Shown here: in pieces, positions 52,256 through 64,000 of the stretch | How the letters are laid out: each line of letters begins with the position of its first letter | Position numbering within the stretch: the stretch's first letter is position 1 | DNA from: Octopus sinensis | Lineage: Eukaryota | Assembly: GCF_006345805.1 (NCBI RefSeq) | Contig: NC_043008.1 | Span: 54,622,001 to 54,686,000 of the forward strand | Reading direction: 5' to 3' | DNA: 64,000 nucleotides | Notes under the pieces: model-generated | The model's database searches: none | What the model saw: the letters and a program-made list of their open reading frames with translations, nothing else | Told to the model about the DNA's origin: nothing | Position numbers and translations under genes: made by a program

Positions 52256-53386
52256 TCAGTAATGATTCATTATTTTTGGGCGCTGATATTCGCAATAATT
52301 AATTCTAAGGTATAATATCGTAGTAGGAGCAACAATTTCTTAAAATTTATGTATTTTAAAACTAAACTCGTAAGAGATTTCGGTTCAAGTATTTTTTTTT
52401 TCAATTTCTTCAAACTTATGCTTTTTTTTTTTTTAGTTAAACACAAAATAATTTCAGTATAAACTTTGTTCAAAGAGTAAGCAAAATTATTCAGTAAAAG
52501 TTCTCACCTGAAAAATCCTTTCTGAATGTATATTTTGGGAAGTTTCAAAAATTTTCTTTCCTTTTTCACGAATAATAATTAGAAATAAAATTACTTTTTA
52601 ATTAACGTCCGTCTCTATTCATCACGTGTGTAGTGATGCGTTTACTACCAGAAACCCATAACTACAGCAACAATTCTTCACATACTTATCAACAGCAACT
52701 AGGACAATCACCAGCCCTGCTGTCGCCACCATGAGCACCACAACAACTGACCCAGCATCACCCACTCCTTAATTCAACCCACAGTTGATGACCGGGGCAG
52801 CAGCCAATTCTGAGACAACAAACACTTTGACCAGCTCTAATTTACCCACATTTTCATATCACTAACAACTAAATCAAAAGAAATTCAATTTGTTGCACCT
52901 TTAGCGACTTCAGATATTGCTTATGCGAAAAGTAGATAAAACAAATTCTCATACTGGCGAGAGGGGGGAGGGGCTGAGATTCTAACTGGGGGTGCTAATC
53001 ACCCCATAGCCCCCACCCCATGGCTACCTGCCTGTGTAGACAGTAAAAAAAAGTGGTAAACCAATTTAAGACGGATGAAATATAAAATGGATCCCAGTGG
53101 AAGTTAAACCCAGAGCGAGGGGAACAAGAACTAATACGGCAACGAATTTAATCCAAGGTTTTTTATTGGCTCAGATAAATTCACCGCCTGCCATCCATTT
53201 CTAGAATAAATGAATAAATGAAGTTAAAAAAACAGCAAAAACGAAGTCGTTACTGATATCAGTTAGTTCCCTTAGATTTGATACGATTTCATGATTTATT
53301 CCCCCTGCAGTTAGAACGTCGTATTTTTTTTCTCCATCTTTTCTTCTTTTATTGTATATAGTATATGTTAAAAAGATAGTATGCTG

Positions 53387-53448
<62 letters not shown>

Positions 53449-53457
53449 TATATATAG

Positions 53458-53687
53458 GGCGGCGAGCTGGCAGAAACGTTATTACGCCGGGCGAAATGCT
53501 TAGCGGTATTTCGTCTGCCGTTACGTTCTGAGTTCAAATTCCGCCGAGGTCGATTTTGCCTTTAATCCTTTCGGGGTCGATAAATTAAGTACCAGTTACG
53601 CACTGGGGTCAATGTAATCGACTTAATCCGTTTGTCAGTCCTTGTTTCTCCCCTCTACGTTTAGCCCCTTGTGGGCAGTAAAGAAAT
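53458..53687 (+). mobile_element. SINE family B (GGCGGCGAGCTGGCAGAAACG head; CCTTTCGGGGTCGATAAATTAAGTACCAG central domain)
   Basis: Near-intact copy. The central segment resembles the Deu/Nin-type SINE domain (recalled, not searched). Confidence 0.8.
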
Positions 53688-54156
53688 ATATATATATATC
53701 ACCGTGATCACCGTGACCGACCAGGCTATCAGATGTTGCTACACATCGCTGGTCACAATGCGCTTCGCATTGTTTTAGCCTTCAAATGACGCCACCCCGC
53801 TGGCTAAGCGAGCAGACCAACAGAAGAATGAAAGATGTGGCGAAAGAGTACAGCATGGATCGCAACCTCGCCCTCCATCCTGCCAGAGGGTCGTGGAACT
53901 TTAGGTGTTTTCGCTCAATAAACACTCACAACACCCGGTCAGGGAATCGAAACCACGATCCTACGACCGCGAGTCCGCTGCCCAAAAGACTGGGCAATTG
54001 TGCCTCCACACACACACAAACACGCATATATAATGTATAAATTGGAAGTCAATCTAGGTAGAAAATTTGGAAGATATTCATGCGAAATCAGTTGGATTTG
54101 ATCTAAAATTTTAAAAAGAGAAACACCGACAAGTATTTAACTACAATAGTTTAAAG

Positions 54157-54306
54157 CTGGGAGGGCCAACCTTTCTTGAGAGGTGGGCCGCATGAAGCAT
54201 AGCTCATCTTCAGGCGGGCCGCACCACTAAAAAAATGCATTCGGGGTAATCTTTTGATTGGCATGAGGTTGAGAAAGTACTGCGAGCCGCAGTTTGTCCA
54301 TGGCTG
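54157..54306. mobile_element. hAT-type MITE
   Basis: The right end GTTTGTCCATGGCTG is a typical hAT TIR. Imperfect 8-bp TSD GTTTAAAG (54149-56) / GTACAAAG (54307-14). Confidence 0.5.
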
Positions 54307-54554
54307 GTACAAAGTGACCTGTAAAGAAAGAAAGAAAAATTCCATAAAAGAATGTAAAATTTAGTGCTTATTTTATCGTATGTATTGAAAAGGTACCCTC
54401 AAATGCAGGAGTTTCTTTTCAACCTAATATAAATCTATGCTTGCGTGTATGAAGACCTGTAATGTGTGTTTGTGCGCGCGCGTGTATATGCGTGTGTGTG
54501 TGTATGTATGTGTGTGTATATGCATGTCTACATACGTGCATATACACACATATG

Positions 54555-55340
54555 TATGTATGTATTTATGTATGTATGTATGTGTGTGTGTGTATGTATG
54601 TATGTATGTATGTATGTATGTATGTATGTATGTGTGTATGTATGCATGTATGTATGTATGTATGTATTTATGTATGTATGTATTTATGTATGTATGTATG
54701 TATGTATGTATGTGTGTATGTATATATGCATGTATGTATGTATGTATGTATGTATGTATGTATGTATGTATGTATGTATGTATGTATGTATGTATGTGTG
54801 TGTGTATGTATATATGCATGTATGTATGTATGTATGTATGTTGTATGTATGTATGTATGTATGTATGTATGTGTGTATGTATGCATGTATGTATGTATGT
54901 ATGTATTTATGTATGTATGTATTATGTATGTATGTATGTATGTATGTATGTGTATGTATGTATGTGTGTATGTATGCATGTATGTATGTATGTATGTATT
55001 TATGTATGTATGTATTTATGTATGTATGTATGTATGTATGTATGTGTGTATGTATATATGCATGTATGTATGTATGTATGTATGTATTTATGTATGTATG
55101 TATGTATGTATGTATGTATGTATGTATGTGTGTGTGTATGTATATATGCATGTATGTATGTATGTATGTATGTATGTATGTATGTATGTATGTATGTATG
55201 TGTGTATGTATGCATGTATGTATGTATGTATGTATTTATGTATGTATGTATTTATGTATGTATGTATGTATGTATGTATGTGTGTATGTATATATGCATG
55301 TATGTATGTATTTATGTATGTATGTATGTATGTATTTATG
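54555..55340. repeat. Long (TATG)n tetranucleotide array with recurring variant blocks
   Basis: Read directly from the sequence. It explains the long MYVC-type ORFs. Confidence 0.95.
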
Positions 55341-55567
55341 TATTTATGTATGTATGTATGTACCCTTTACTCTTTTACTCTTTTACTTGTTTCAGTCATT
55401 TGACTGTGGCCATGCTGGAGCACCGCCTTTAGTCGAGCAAATCGGCCCCGGGACTTATTCTTTGTAAGCCTAGTACTTATTCTCTTTTGCCGAACCGCTA
55501 AGTTACGGGGTCGTAAACACAACAGCATCGGTTGTCAAGCAATGTTGGGGGGACAAACACAGACACA

Positions 55568-55601
<34 letters not shown>

Positions 55602-56622
55602 TATAGACATAATAAAGAAGCCCGTCGTGTATATATATATATATATTATTTGTTCCCCACCACCGCTTCTCAACCGTTGTTGACGTTTTTATGTACCTGT
55701 AACTTAGCGGTTCCGCAAATGGGGCCAACAGTATTACTACCATGTTTAAATAAAGAACAAACAAAAAAAAGTACTGAGGTCAATTCGTTTGAGTGAAATT
55801 CTTCAAGGCGGCGCTCCAGCATGGCCTCAGTCTAATGACTGAACCAAAAGAATAAAAAAAAAATAGTGACTTGAGAAAAACTAAACATTAGCCAATTATT
55901 TCTAGAGACACTGTCCCGTTTGGAGTTACTCAGATTTCTCGGTCATTTCTGCAGATCGAAGAACTTACTCCATCACAGAAAGAAAGGGCGCGATACGCTA
56001 ATGTGACCCCAAATATAATAATAAATCTATAAAAACCCTGATCATTATTCTGTATAAACAGCTCTGACGGTCGCTAACCTAGCAGCAATAGATCAACGTA
56101 ACGCTACTTCGTCAAGCGACGTAACTCTAATAACAAATGTATAGGTTATCTCCCCTGTAATATTTGCGTAAGGCCAGAATTCGTAGGTAGAGGAATTAGT
56201 GGCTGATATCGATTTCAGTATTGACCGGTAATTTATTTTAGTGTATCGACTCTAAGGGTAAGTATCTAACGAATTAGATGCTTCATCTTTTACTTGTTTC
56301 ACTCAATAGACTGTGGTCAGTCTGGGATACTTCCCTGAGGAGGTTTGTGAAGCAAATGGAGTCCAGTACTTATTTAAAGTCTAGTAATTTATTCCATTGG
56401 TCTCTTCGAGCGGAAGAATTATATTACAGGGATGTAACCAAACTAACACCCGTTACTCGTTGTTGAGCGATGGTGGAAGACAAACACAAACGCATACATA
56501 CATACATACATACATACATACAAAAATACCCTGTTGTTGATGTTGAAATTCCAATGACGGAGCCTTGGTTCTAGGTTACAAACCGGCTCTTTCTCTATTG
56601 GCAAGAAATCTTAAAATAAAAC

Positions 56623-56695
<73 letters not shown>

Positions 56696-56847
56696 TATAT
56701 ATATATATATATATATATAATGGCCTGCTCGCTTAGCCAGCGGGGTGGCGTCATTTGAAGGCTAAACACAAGCAAAGCGCATTGTGACCAGTGATGTGTA
56801 GCAACATCTGATAGCCTGGTCGGTCACGTGATCACGTGATATATATA

Positions 56848-56889
<42 letters not shown>

Positions 56890-57179
56890 CATATCCGGCG
56901 GGATTTCGATCAGGTTCCGTCTATCAAATTCAAATGCATTGGTTAGTCCAGTCCTATAGTAGAAGACGCTTCACTAAGATGCGGACAGTGGGACTGATCC
57001 TGAAACTACTTGGTTGTAAAACGAACTTCTTAACCTCACAACCACGCCTGCACCCCCACCCCCACCACCATGAAACAAACATTTATTTTCATTGTTTCTC
57101 TTCGACTTTAACTTTTTTCCCCCCTAGTATTAGTGCGGGAAGTATTTAGTGCTTACTTCGATGGCATACCATAACTCTT

Positions 57180-57795
57180 GTCAGGTGGACGATGCGTTGC
57201 GAAATGCCGACAGCAGCCGCAGAAATACGGGCTGCGATGATAGGCTGCAACGGCGGGCAAATTGCCTGGTTTGGATGGTATGCCTTACGAGCTTTACTAT
57301 TATATGCTAGACTCGTTTGGTAACCTCTAGTGCAACCGACAGCAGAATAGGAGAATTCATAGTTTTGTGAGCCGGAGAGTGGTGGCACTGCTGAGAACGG
57401 ATCCAAACAAGGGTGGAAGGTTAAATAGAACATTTTTGGCTCATAACGCTGCTCTGTGCAGACTTCAACATTTTGGCCAATGTCCTAGCGAAAAGGTTGG
57501 CGATTGTGGTCGAGGAACTGATAGATGATGTGCAAACATGCGCCATCCCAAGCAGATCCATCCACAACAACTTCCACCTCATGCGACACATCATAGACAG
57601 TGTGGGGAATGAAGCTGGCACAGGTGGAGCGTTGATCAATTTGGATGAGTCTAAAGCCTTTGATAGGGCTGCCTACCAACACTTGGCAGCCGTCCTCACG
57701 GCAGCCGGTTTCGGTCCCGTTTTCCGTGGCTGGATCGCAGTAATGTACAGCGACATCGGTAGTTCGGGTGAATGGTTACCTATCGGAACCTGTAG
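57180..57795 (+). mobile_element. Decayed L1/Tx1-clade LINE reverse-transcriptase fragment
   Basis: Translations PGLDGMPYELY, ITLLCADFNILANVLAKRL, QTCAIPSRSIHNN, LINLDESKAFDR, GFGPVFRGWI and VNGYLSEP, with frameshifts and stops. Confidence 0.85.
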
Positions 57796-59206
57796 ACCAA
57801 TCGGTAAAGGCATTCACCCTGGTGGTCATGACTGTTGTGGACTTGCGGGATTTTCACGGGCAGTTCTAGGAGGTCTCCCTCTTTTGGGGAGTTTTGTTCT
57901 TATATTCGATTAATGTATTTGTTTTTCATTGTTTACACGGCTTTCATGTAACCCCATATTTTATTTGTTCTGTGTCGTCCATAATGCATCTTTATGTAAA
58001 TGCTTTGTGGTTAATAAAGAAATCATTATTGTCATTATTGTTATTATTAAAGCGGCGACCTGGCAGAATCGTTAGAGCACCAGGTGAAATGCTTTGTGGT
58101 ATTTAGTCAGCCGTTACGTTCTGAGTTCAAATTCCGCTGAGGTCGACTTTGTCTTTCATTCCTTCGGGGTCGATAAATTTAGTACCAGTGAAACACTGGG
58201 GTCGATGTCCCCTGGAGTATTATTGTTATTATTAAGGCGATGAGTAGACAGAATCGTTAGCATGCTGGGAAAAATGCTTTCCATTTTGAGTTCAAATGCT
58301 GCCGAGGTCGATTTTGCCTTTCATCCTTTCGGGGATCGATGCATCAAGTACCGGTGCATGTATTCTACCGCACTTCGGTACCTTCCCGTTATCCACCTCA
58401 GGAATATACCCAATTTTTTCAGTGTATCCCACCTTAGCCAAAGAGGTATTAAAGTAATATTTTGGGTGTAGATAGAAAATCTTTTTGCTAGCTGTGAATC
58501 CAGATATTCTAAGGAAGATACTCCAAATTAGCAAATTAATTACTGCTCTAGGATATTTAAATTTTCTATTGATATATTGGGGGTTTTCATCAAGCTTATG
58601 CTAAAGATGATAAACTCCAGTACTAAGGTCTTATATAATGCCCAGAAAATTTACTACGCTATTGTTCTTCCCCAATGAGATGAAGGGTGGTAAGTTAAAA
58701 AAAAATTTGTACGTTTCTTTTTATTTCTTTTCACTCATACATTTATAAAACGTGAGCAAAGCGTCGTCTCTGTAGAGGCCGCCCTTTTTTCATGGAACTC
58801 TATATTGATGCAGTATAAGATATAAATGCCTACAAATTCTGTAACTTGCGCCAAGTCGCTTGAATCCATACTGCTCTAATTAATGTATGCGAACTCAAGG
58901 TTAGAGTTGTTTATGCTGTTATTTTTCTAATCCATCAGAACTGAGATAAAAGCGTTCTAGTCATGAACCTATTTATCTTTGTTTTTTTCTCTTGACATTG
59001 GTGGTGTTGGTTGTGGGCTGTAATGCACCCCGGACAATATTATTTAATGAGTCTTTTTTAAAAGATAGTAGAATAAGGGATATTCAGCTGTTATATCTAA
59101 ATGGTCAAACTACCACACAAAAAGCGCATTCGTTGAGATATCCTAGTCTATCGTTTTTATACACTTTGGTATTCAAAGAAGTCCAATATGAGCGAAGCAG
59201 TCATAC

Positions 59207-59352
59207 CTGTATCCAAGATTGAACTCGGGGTCGTCAAACCATGGAAATACTCAACAAAATTACCATGCAACGTTTTGCTTTTTTTAACAATTTTGTCAGG
59301 GAAGGAAGAGGTGCGTCCCACGATCCCGTATTCTTTTCCAGGAGCTCCAAAA
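59207..59352 (-). CDS. Candidate internal exon of an unidentified minus-strand gene (FGAPGKEYGIVGRTSSFPDKIVKKSKTLHGNFVEYFHGLTTPSSILDT)
   Basis: Long polypyrimidine tract plus ctccAG acceptor, ACAG|GTATGA donor, and an open frame of non-repetitive sequence. No homology recognised. Confidence 0.45.
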
Positions 59353-59423
59353 CTGGAGTAAGAAAGGAAAAAAAGGAAGGAGGGAAAGAAGGTTGGTCCG
59401 AATGCTTGCAACACGTTAAAAAT

Positions 59424-59690
59424 ATCCAATTCCAGTAAAGATACCCAACTCCACAAAGGTACCTAACTCCACGACAGGTACCCAACTTCACTAAAGGTAC
59501 CTAACTCCACGACAGGTATCCAACTCCAAGAAAGGTAGCCAACTCCACAAAATGTACCCAACTCCACGACAGGTACTCAACTCGACGAAATGTACCCAAT
59601 TCCACTAAAAATACCCAACTCCATTAAAGGTACCCAACTCTATTAAAGGTACCTGACTCCACGAAAGGTACCCAACTCCACAGAAGGTAC
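59424..59690. repeat. 19-bp minisatellite, about 14 copies
   Basis: Consensus ACCCAACTCCACNAAAGGT. Confidence 0.9.
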
Positions 59691-60226
59691 GCACGAACCA
59701 GTTGGGTATGTTAAACAGAGAGACGGATTAAACCTACCGCCTAATTTGGATATGGCGGAATTTGAACCCAGAACGCAAAGAGTCGGAACAAATAACACAA
59801 GGCACCCAGTTTGGATTCCGAGCAATACAGCCAATCCACTGCTCTGGTCTGGTACTTTATTTATCGACCCCAAAAGGAAAAAGATAAGCTCGACCACGGC
59901 GTGATTTGAACTCAAATAACCGAGACTTGGGATAGATACAAGACATTTTGTCCCACACTCTCTAATACTAAAATACATCTGGTTCTGGAATCTCATCATC
60001 TTCTAATCCACTAATCCTGGATTACTACGTTTTCATATATTTCCTTTTATCTTTTACTTATTTCAGTTACTGGACTGCGGCCATGCTGGGGCACCGCTTT
60101 GAAGGGTTTAGTTTAAAAAAAATCGACGGAACTTTTTCTATCGGACTCTTTTGCCGACCCGCAAAGTTACGAGGAATTAAAGAAGCCCATACCTGCTGTC
60201 AAGCGATGGTTGGAGACAAACACAAA

Positions 60227-60264
<38 letters not shown>

Positions 60265-61168
60265 ACGACGAGGTTTCATTTTCTGTCTACCAAATCTGCA
60301 CACAATACTTGGAGCTACAGTAGAAGACACTTATCCATAGTGACTCATACTAGGATTGAACTCAAAACCATATGGCTGGAAAGCAACCTTGTCAATCACG
60401 CATTTTTACCTGTGTCTATTTTAACTACAAAAGACAAAAAAAAAAAAAGAAAAAAGAAAGAAAGAAAATGAAGGCAAAGTCGACCTCAGCAGGATTCGAA
60501 CTTGGAGTAGAGAGATCCAGAACAAATTTTGCTATACACTTTGTTCCATATCTATTTCTTTACTACCCACAAGGGGCTAAACACAAAGAGGACAAACAAG
60601 GACAGACAGACGGATTAAGTCGATTATATCGACCCCAGTGCGTAACTGGTACTTATTTAATCGACCCCGAAAGGATGAAAGGCAAAGTCGACCTCGGCGG
60701 AATTTGAATTCAGAACGTAACGGCAGACGAAATACGGCTACGCATTTCGCCCGGCGTGCTAACGTTTCTGCCACCAACGCTGCAGATTATAGACCAGTAA
60801 AAACCCATCCCACTGTGTAATAGAGTTTATTCCTTGCTGAATTAGAACCGGGTCGTTGTGGAGCAAGAAAGTGAGTGTAGCGTGGAGAAACGTCGTGTCT
60901 TCTATGCGTGTCGTGCGGTGTCTTTTCAACTCCATCGTCTGCTCCGTCAGCTCAGCTCAAAGTTCTCTGCTAAGAATAGTTTCAGTGCTATGCAGTCCAA
61001 TACATATAAACATGGGTATTAACAGGATTCCATAAAGCACATCACTACAACATGCCAACGTGATATTTGGCACTCCCACGCACGCATAATACGTGCATGA
61101 ATAATAAAATAAACCGAGAACCAAAACGATTTTGTGTATGTATGTATATGAATATATGCATGTATATG

Positions 61169-61200
<32 letters not shown>

Positions 61201-61220
61201 ATATATGTATGTATATATAT

Positions 61221-61324
<104 letters not shown>

Positions 61325-61352
61325 GTATATATGTATATATATTTATTTATAT

Positions 61353-61413
<61 letters not shown>

Positions 61414-61496
61414 TATATATATAATATATATATATATACATATACATACATATATTTATATACATACACAAAATTGTTTTCGTTCTCGGTTTATTT

Positions 61497-61544
<48 letters not shown>

Positions 61545-61649
61545 ATATATAAATATATATATATTGTATGTATGTATGTATGTATGTATATATATATATA
61601 TGATTTTTTTCCCTCTGTCTTCCCCTCTCTGGATCTTTCCTTCTCCTAT

Positions 61650-61684
61650 GTTTCCGACGAAGAGCTCCGCTCGAAACGTTAAAC
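61650..61684 (+). ncRNA. Variant minimal hammerhead-like motif (CCGACGA core) in a (TA)n-flanked short element
   Basis: GTTT-CCGACGA-A-GAGC-TCC-GCTC-GAAA-CGTT-AAAC. A second, more degenerate copy lies at 6802-6836. Confidence 0.35.
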
Positions 61685-62181
61685 CCCCCTTCTTCCCTTC
61701 CTTCCTGAGCGTCCAATAATACTATACTTGTTCCACGTCCTCGCGTTGTTGTGTTTTCTCTTTGTGTTTTCATGTTTGGATTAACTTTATATATATATAC
61801 ACATACACGTTTATATATGCGTGTTTTTTGTATATGTATGTATGCATGCATCTTTGTGTACACTGGCATACAATTTGTGTGTATATGCATGCATAAGACA
61901 TATACAGACACAATTATGCATGTGTGTATTGCTATATGTGTGTATGTATGCAAAAGGTATGATTAAAATAATCTTGGACAGAGTTATAGCTGCCTCTCCT
62001 AAAATAGTCCCAAAACTTCTGGAATGCATCTCGTATATATATGTGTGTGTGAGTGTGTATAACTATCTGTATATCTCTATTTACATGTATGTATGTATGT
62101 ATGTATGTATGTATGTATGTATGTATGTATGTATGTATGTATGTATGTATGTGTCTGTCTGTCTGTCTGTCTGTCTGACTG

Positions 62182-62242
<61 letters not shown>

Positions 62243-63160
62243 TTCTATCTATTTCTATATATCTCGATGTTCACACACACGCATAAACACACACATGCCT
62301 CTATGTATATGAATATGCATACATGTACGTGTATATACGTATATGCATGCGTGTAAGCGTGTGTATATATACACTCACACACGTGTACACTTTCCCTCCC
62401 ACACAAACAACTCACCAAACAAACTCTCCAACGCATTAAGTGCCAATATAGCAAGATGGCGCTCTGTACTAATATTTGCGAATATTCATAATAATACAGC
62501 AAGCAGCCATGGATGACAGGAAATGAAAACATCAACATCATCATCAATATCATAACCCTAATCATAAACACGATGATGATGATGATGATGATGATGATCA
62601 CCATCATCATTATGATCATCATAATTATCATCAATCATCGTCATCTTCGTCATCACCGTCGTTATCACCGCCACCAGTATCACCAGCATTAGCACTAAGA
62701 TCTACCCCTCCTCCTCTTCCTCCTCCTCTTTCACTTCATTTATTTCTTCTTCTTCTTCTTCTTCTTCTTCTTCTTCTTCTTCTTCTTCTTCTTCTTCTTC
62801 TTCTTCTTCTTCTTCTTCTTCCTCCTCCGCTTATTCCTCTTCCTCCTCCGCTTATTCCTCTTCCACCTCCGTCGTCACCACCACCACCACCACCACGATC
62901 ATCATCGTCATCATCATCATCATCGTCACCACCACCAAAACTAACAAAAACAACAACATAAAACAAACAACAAAAGCAAACAAACGCAAGCCAACAAACG
63001 TCTCCGCTCCACTGCTTGATAACCGGTGTTGACTTGTTTACGTCCTCGAAACTTAGCGGTTTGGCAAATGACTCCGATTGAATAAGCTGAAACTTATCTT
63101 TTTTTCTTTTAAATTTTTATTTTGTAAAAAAAGTACTGAGCTCTCTTTGCTCGACTAAAC

Positions 63161-63301
63161 CAAAAGTGAACAAAGAGTGGCCCGTGGGACTTTCTGATAT
63201 GTCAGGTGAAAGTTTACGAAGGACCTTTTAGTAATGAAACCCACTTGATGATGGACCATGCCATATGTGACCCTCTTTTCGAAAAAGATTGCCCATGCCT
63301 G
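63161..63301. mobile_element. hAT-type MITE inserted in a SINE tail
   Basis: Right end TTGCCCATGCCTG with a degenerate left TIR. 8-bp TSD GACTAAAC (63153-60) / GACTAAGC (63302-09). Confidence 0.5.
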
Positions 63302-63322
63302 GACTAAGCTGTTGAAGGCAGT

Positions 63323-64000
63323 GTCCCAGCACGACCGCGGTCCAATGATTGAAACAAGTAAAAGAGTATGTCTGGACTGAACTGTTGTCCCAGCACGACC
63401 GCGGTCCAATGATTGAAATAAGTAAAAGAGTATGTCTGGACTGAACTGTTGTCCCAGCACGACCGCGGTCCAATGATTGAAACAAGTAAAAGAGTATGTC
63501 TGGACTGAACTGTTGTCCCAGCACGACCGCGGTCCAATGATTGAAACAAGTAAAAGAGTATGTCTGGACTGAACTGTTGTCCCAGCACGACCGCGGTCCA
63601 ATGATTGAAATAAGTAAAAGAGTATGTCTGGACTGAACTGTTGTCCCAGCACGACCGCGGTCCAATGATTGAAACAAGTAAAAGAGTATGTCTGGACTGA
63701 ACTGTTGTCCCAGCACGACCGCGGTCCAATGATTGAAACAAGTAAAAGAGTATGTCTGGACTGAACTGTTGTCCCAGCACGACCGCGGTCCAATGATGAA
63801 ACAAGTAAAAGAGTATCTGGACTGAACTGTTGTCCCAGCACGACCGCGGTCCAATGATTGAAACAAGTAAAAGAGTATGGTCTGGACTGAACTGTTGTCC
63901 CAGCACGACCGCGGTCCAATATTGAAACAAGTAAAAGAGTATGTCTGGACTGAACTGTTGTCCCAGCACGACGACCGCGGTCCAATGATTGAAACAAGTA
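63323..64000. repeat. 64-bp tandem satellite, about 10.6 copies, running off the window end
   Basis: Unit GTCCCAGCACGACCGCGGTCCAATGATTGAAACAAGTAAAAGAGTATGTCTGGACTGAACTGTT, starting at 63323, 63387, 63451 and onward. Confidence 0.95.

Noticed and set aside
54424-55467. Long ORFs (up to 333 aa) of MYVC/HTYI type, and similar YI/CV-rich ORFs throughout the track
   Set aside because: They are translations of (TATG)n, (TA)n and (TG)n microsatellites, which lack stops in some frames.
60850-61060. GC-richer unique island as a coding exon
   Set aside because: All three minus-strand frames hit stops right after the best acceptor and no motif is recognisable. It may be UTR or regulatory.
63155-63997. 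Three repetitive 210-280 aa minus-strand ORFs
   Set aside because: They are frame-cycling translations of the 64-bp satellite, whose unit derives from a SINE tail.
63323-64000. CRISPR-like array
   Set aside because: Contiguous identical units without unique spacers, a eukaryotic context and no cas genes.

Overview
Eukaryotic genomic DNA, AT-rich and dense in microsatellites and SINEs. The repeat landscape points to a cephalopod, probably Octopus (inference, not verified by search). The main gene is the 3' portion of a castor/CASZ1 zinc-finger transcription factor on the + strand. It has nine phase-compatible GT-AG coding exons from 15113 to the stop at 43379, about 1350 codons, and 12 castor-type fingers; its 5' exons are probably left of the window. 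The rest is SINE families, LINE and DNA-transposon relics, MITEs, Penelope-like termini and several mini/satellites. The strongest unexpected signal is an apparently intact type I hammerhead ribozyme (27557-27617) in sense orientation inside a castor intron. Several minimal or variant hammerhead-like motifs also occur, in Penelope-like termini and short (TA)n-flanked elements. Other points of note are a 64-bp satellite built from a MITE/SINE junction (63323-64000) and fragmentary evidence for an unidentified convergent minus-strand gene. Nearly all ORFs in the supplied track are microsatellite or SINE artefacts. No database searches were run, so family assignments rest on recalled motifs.
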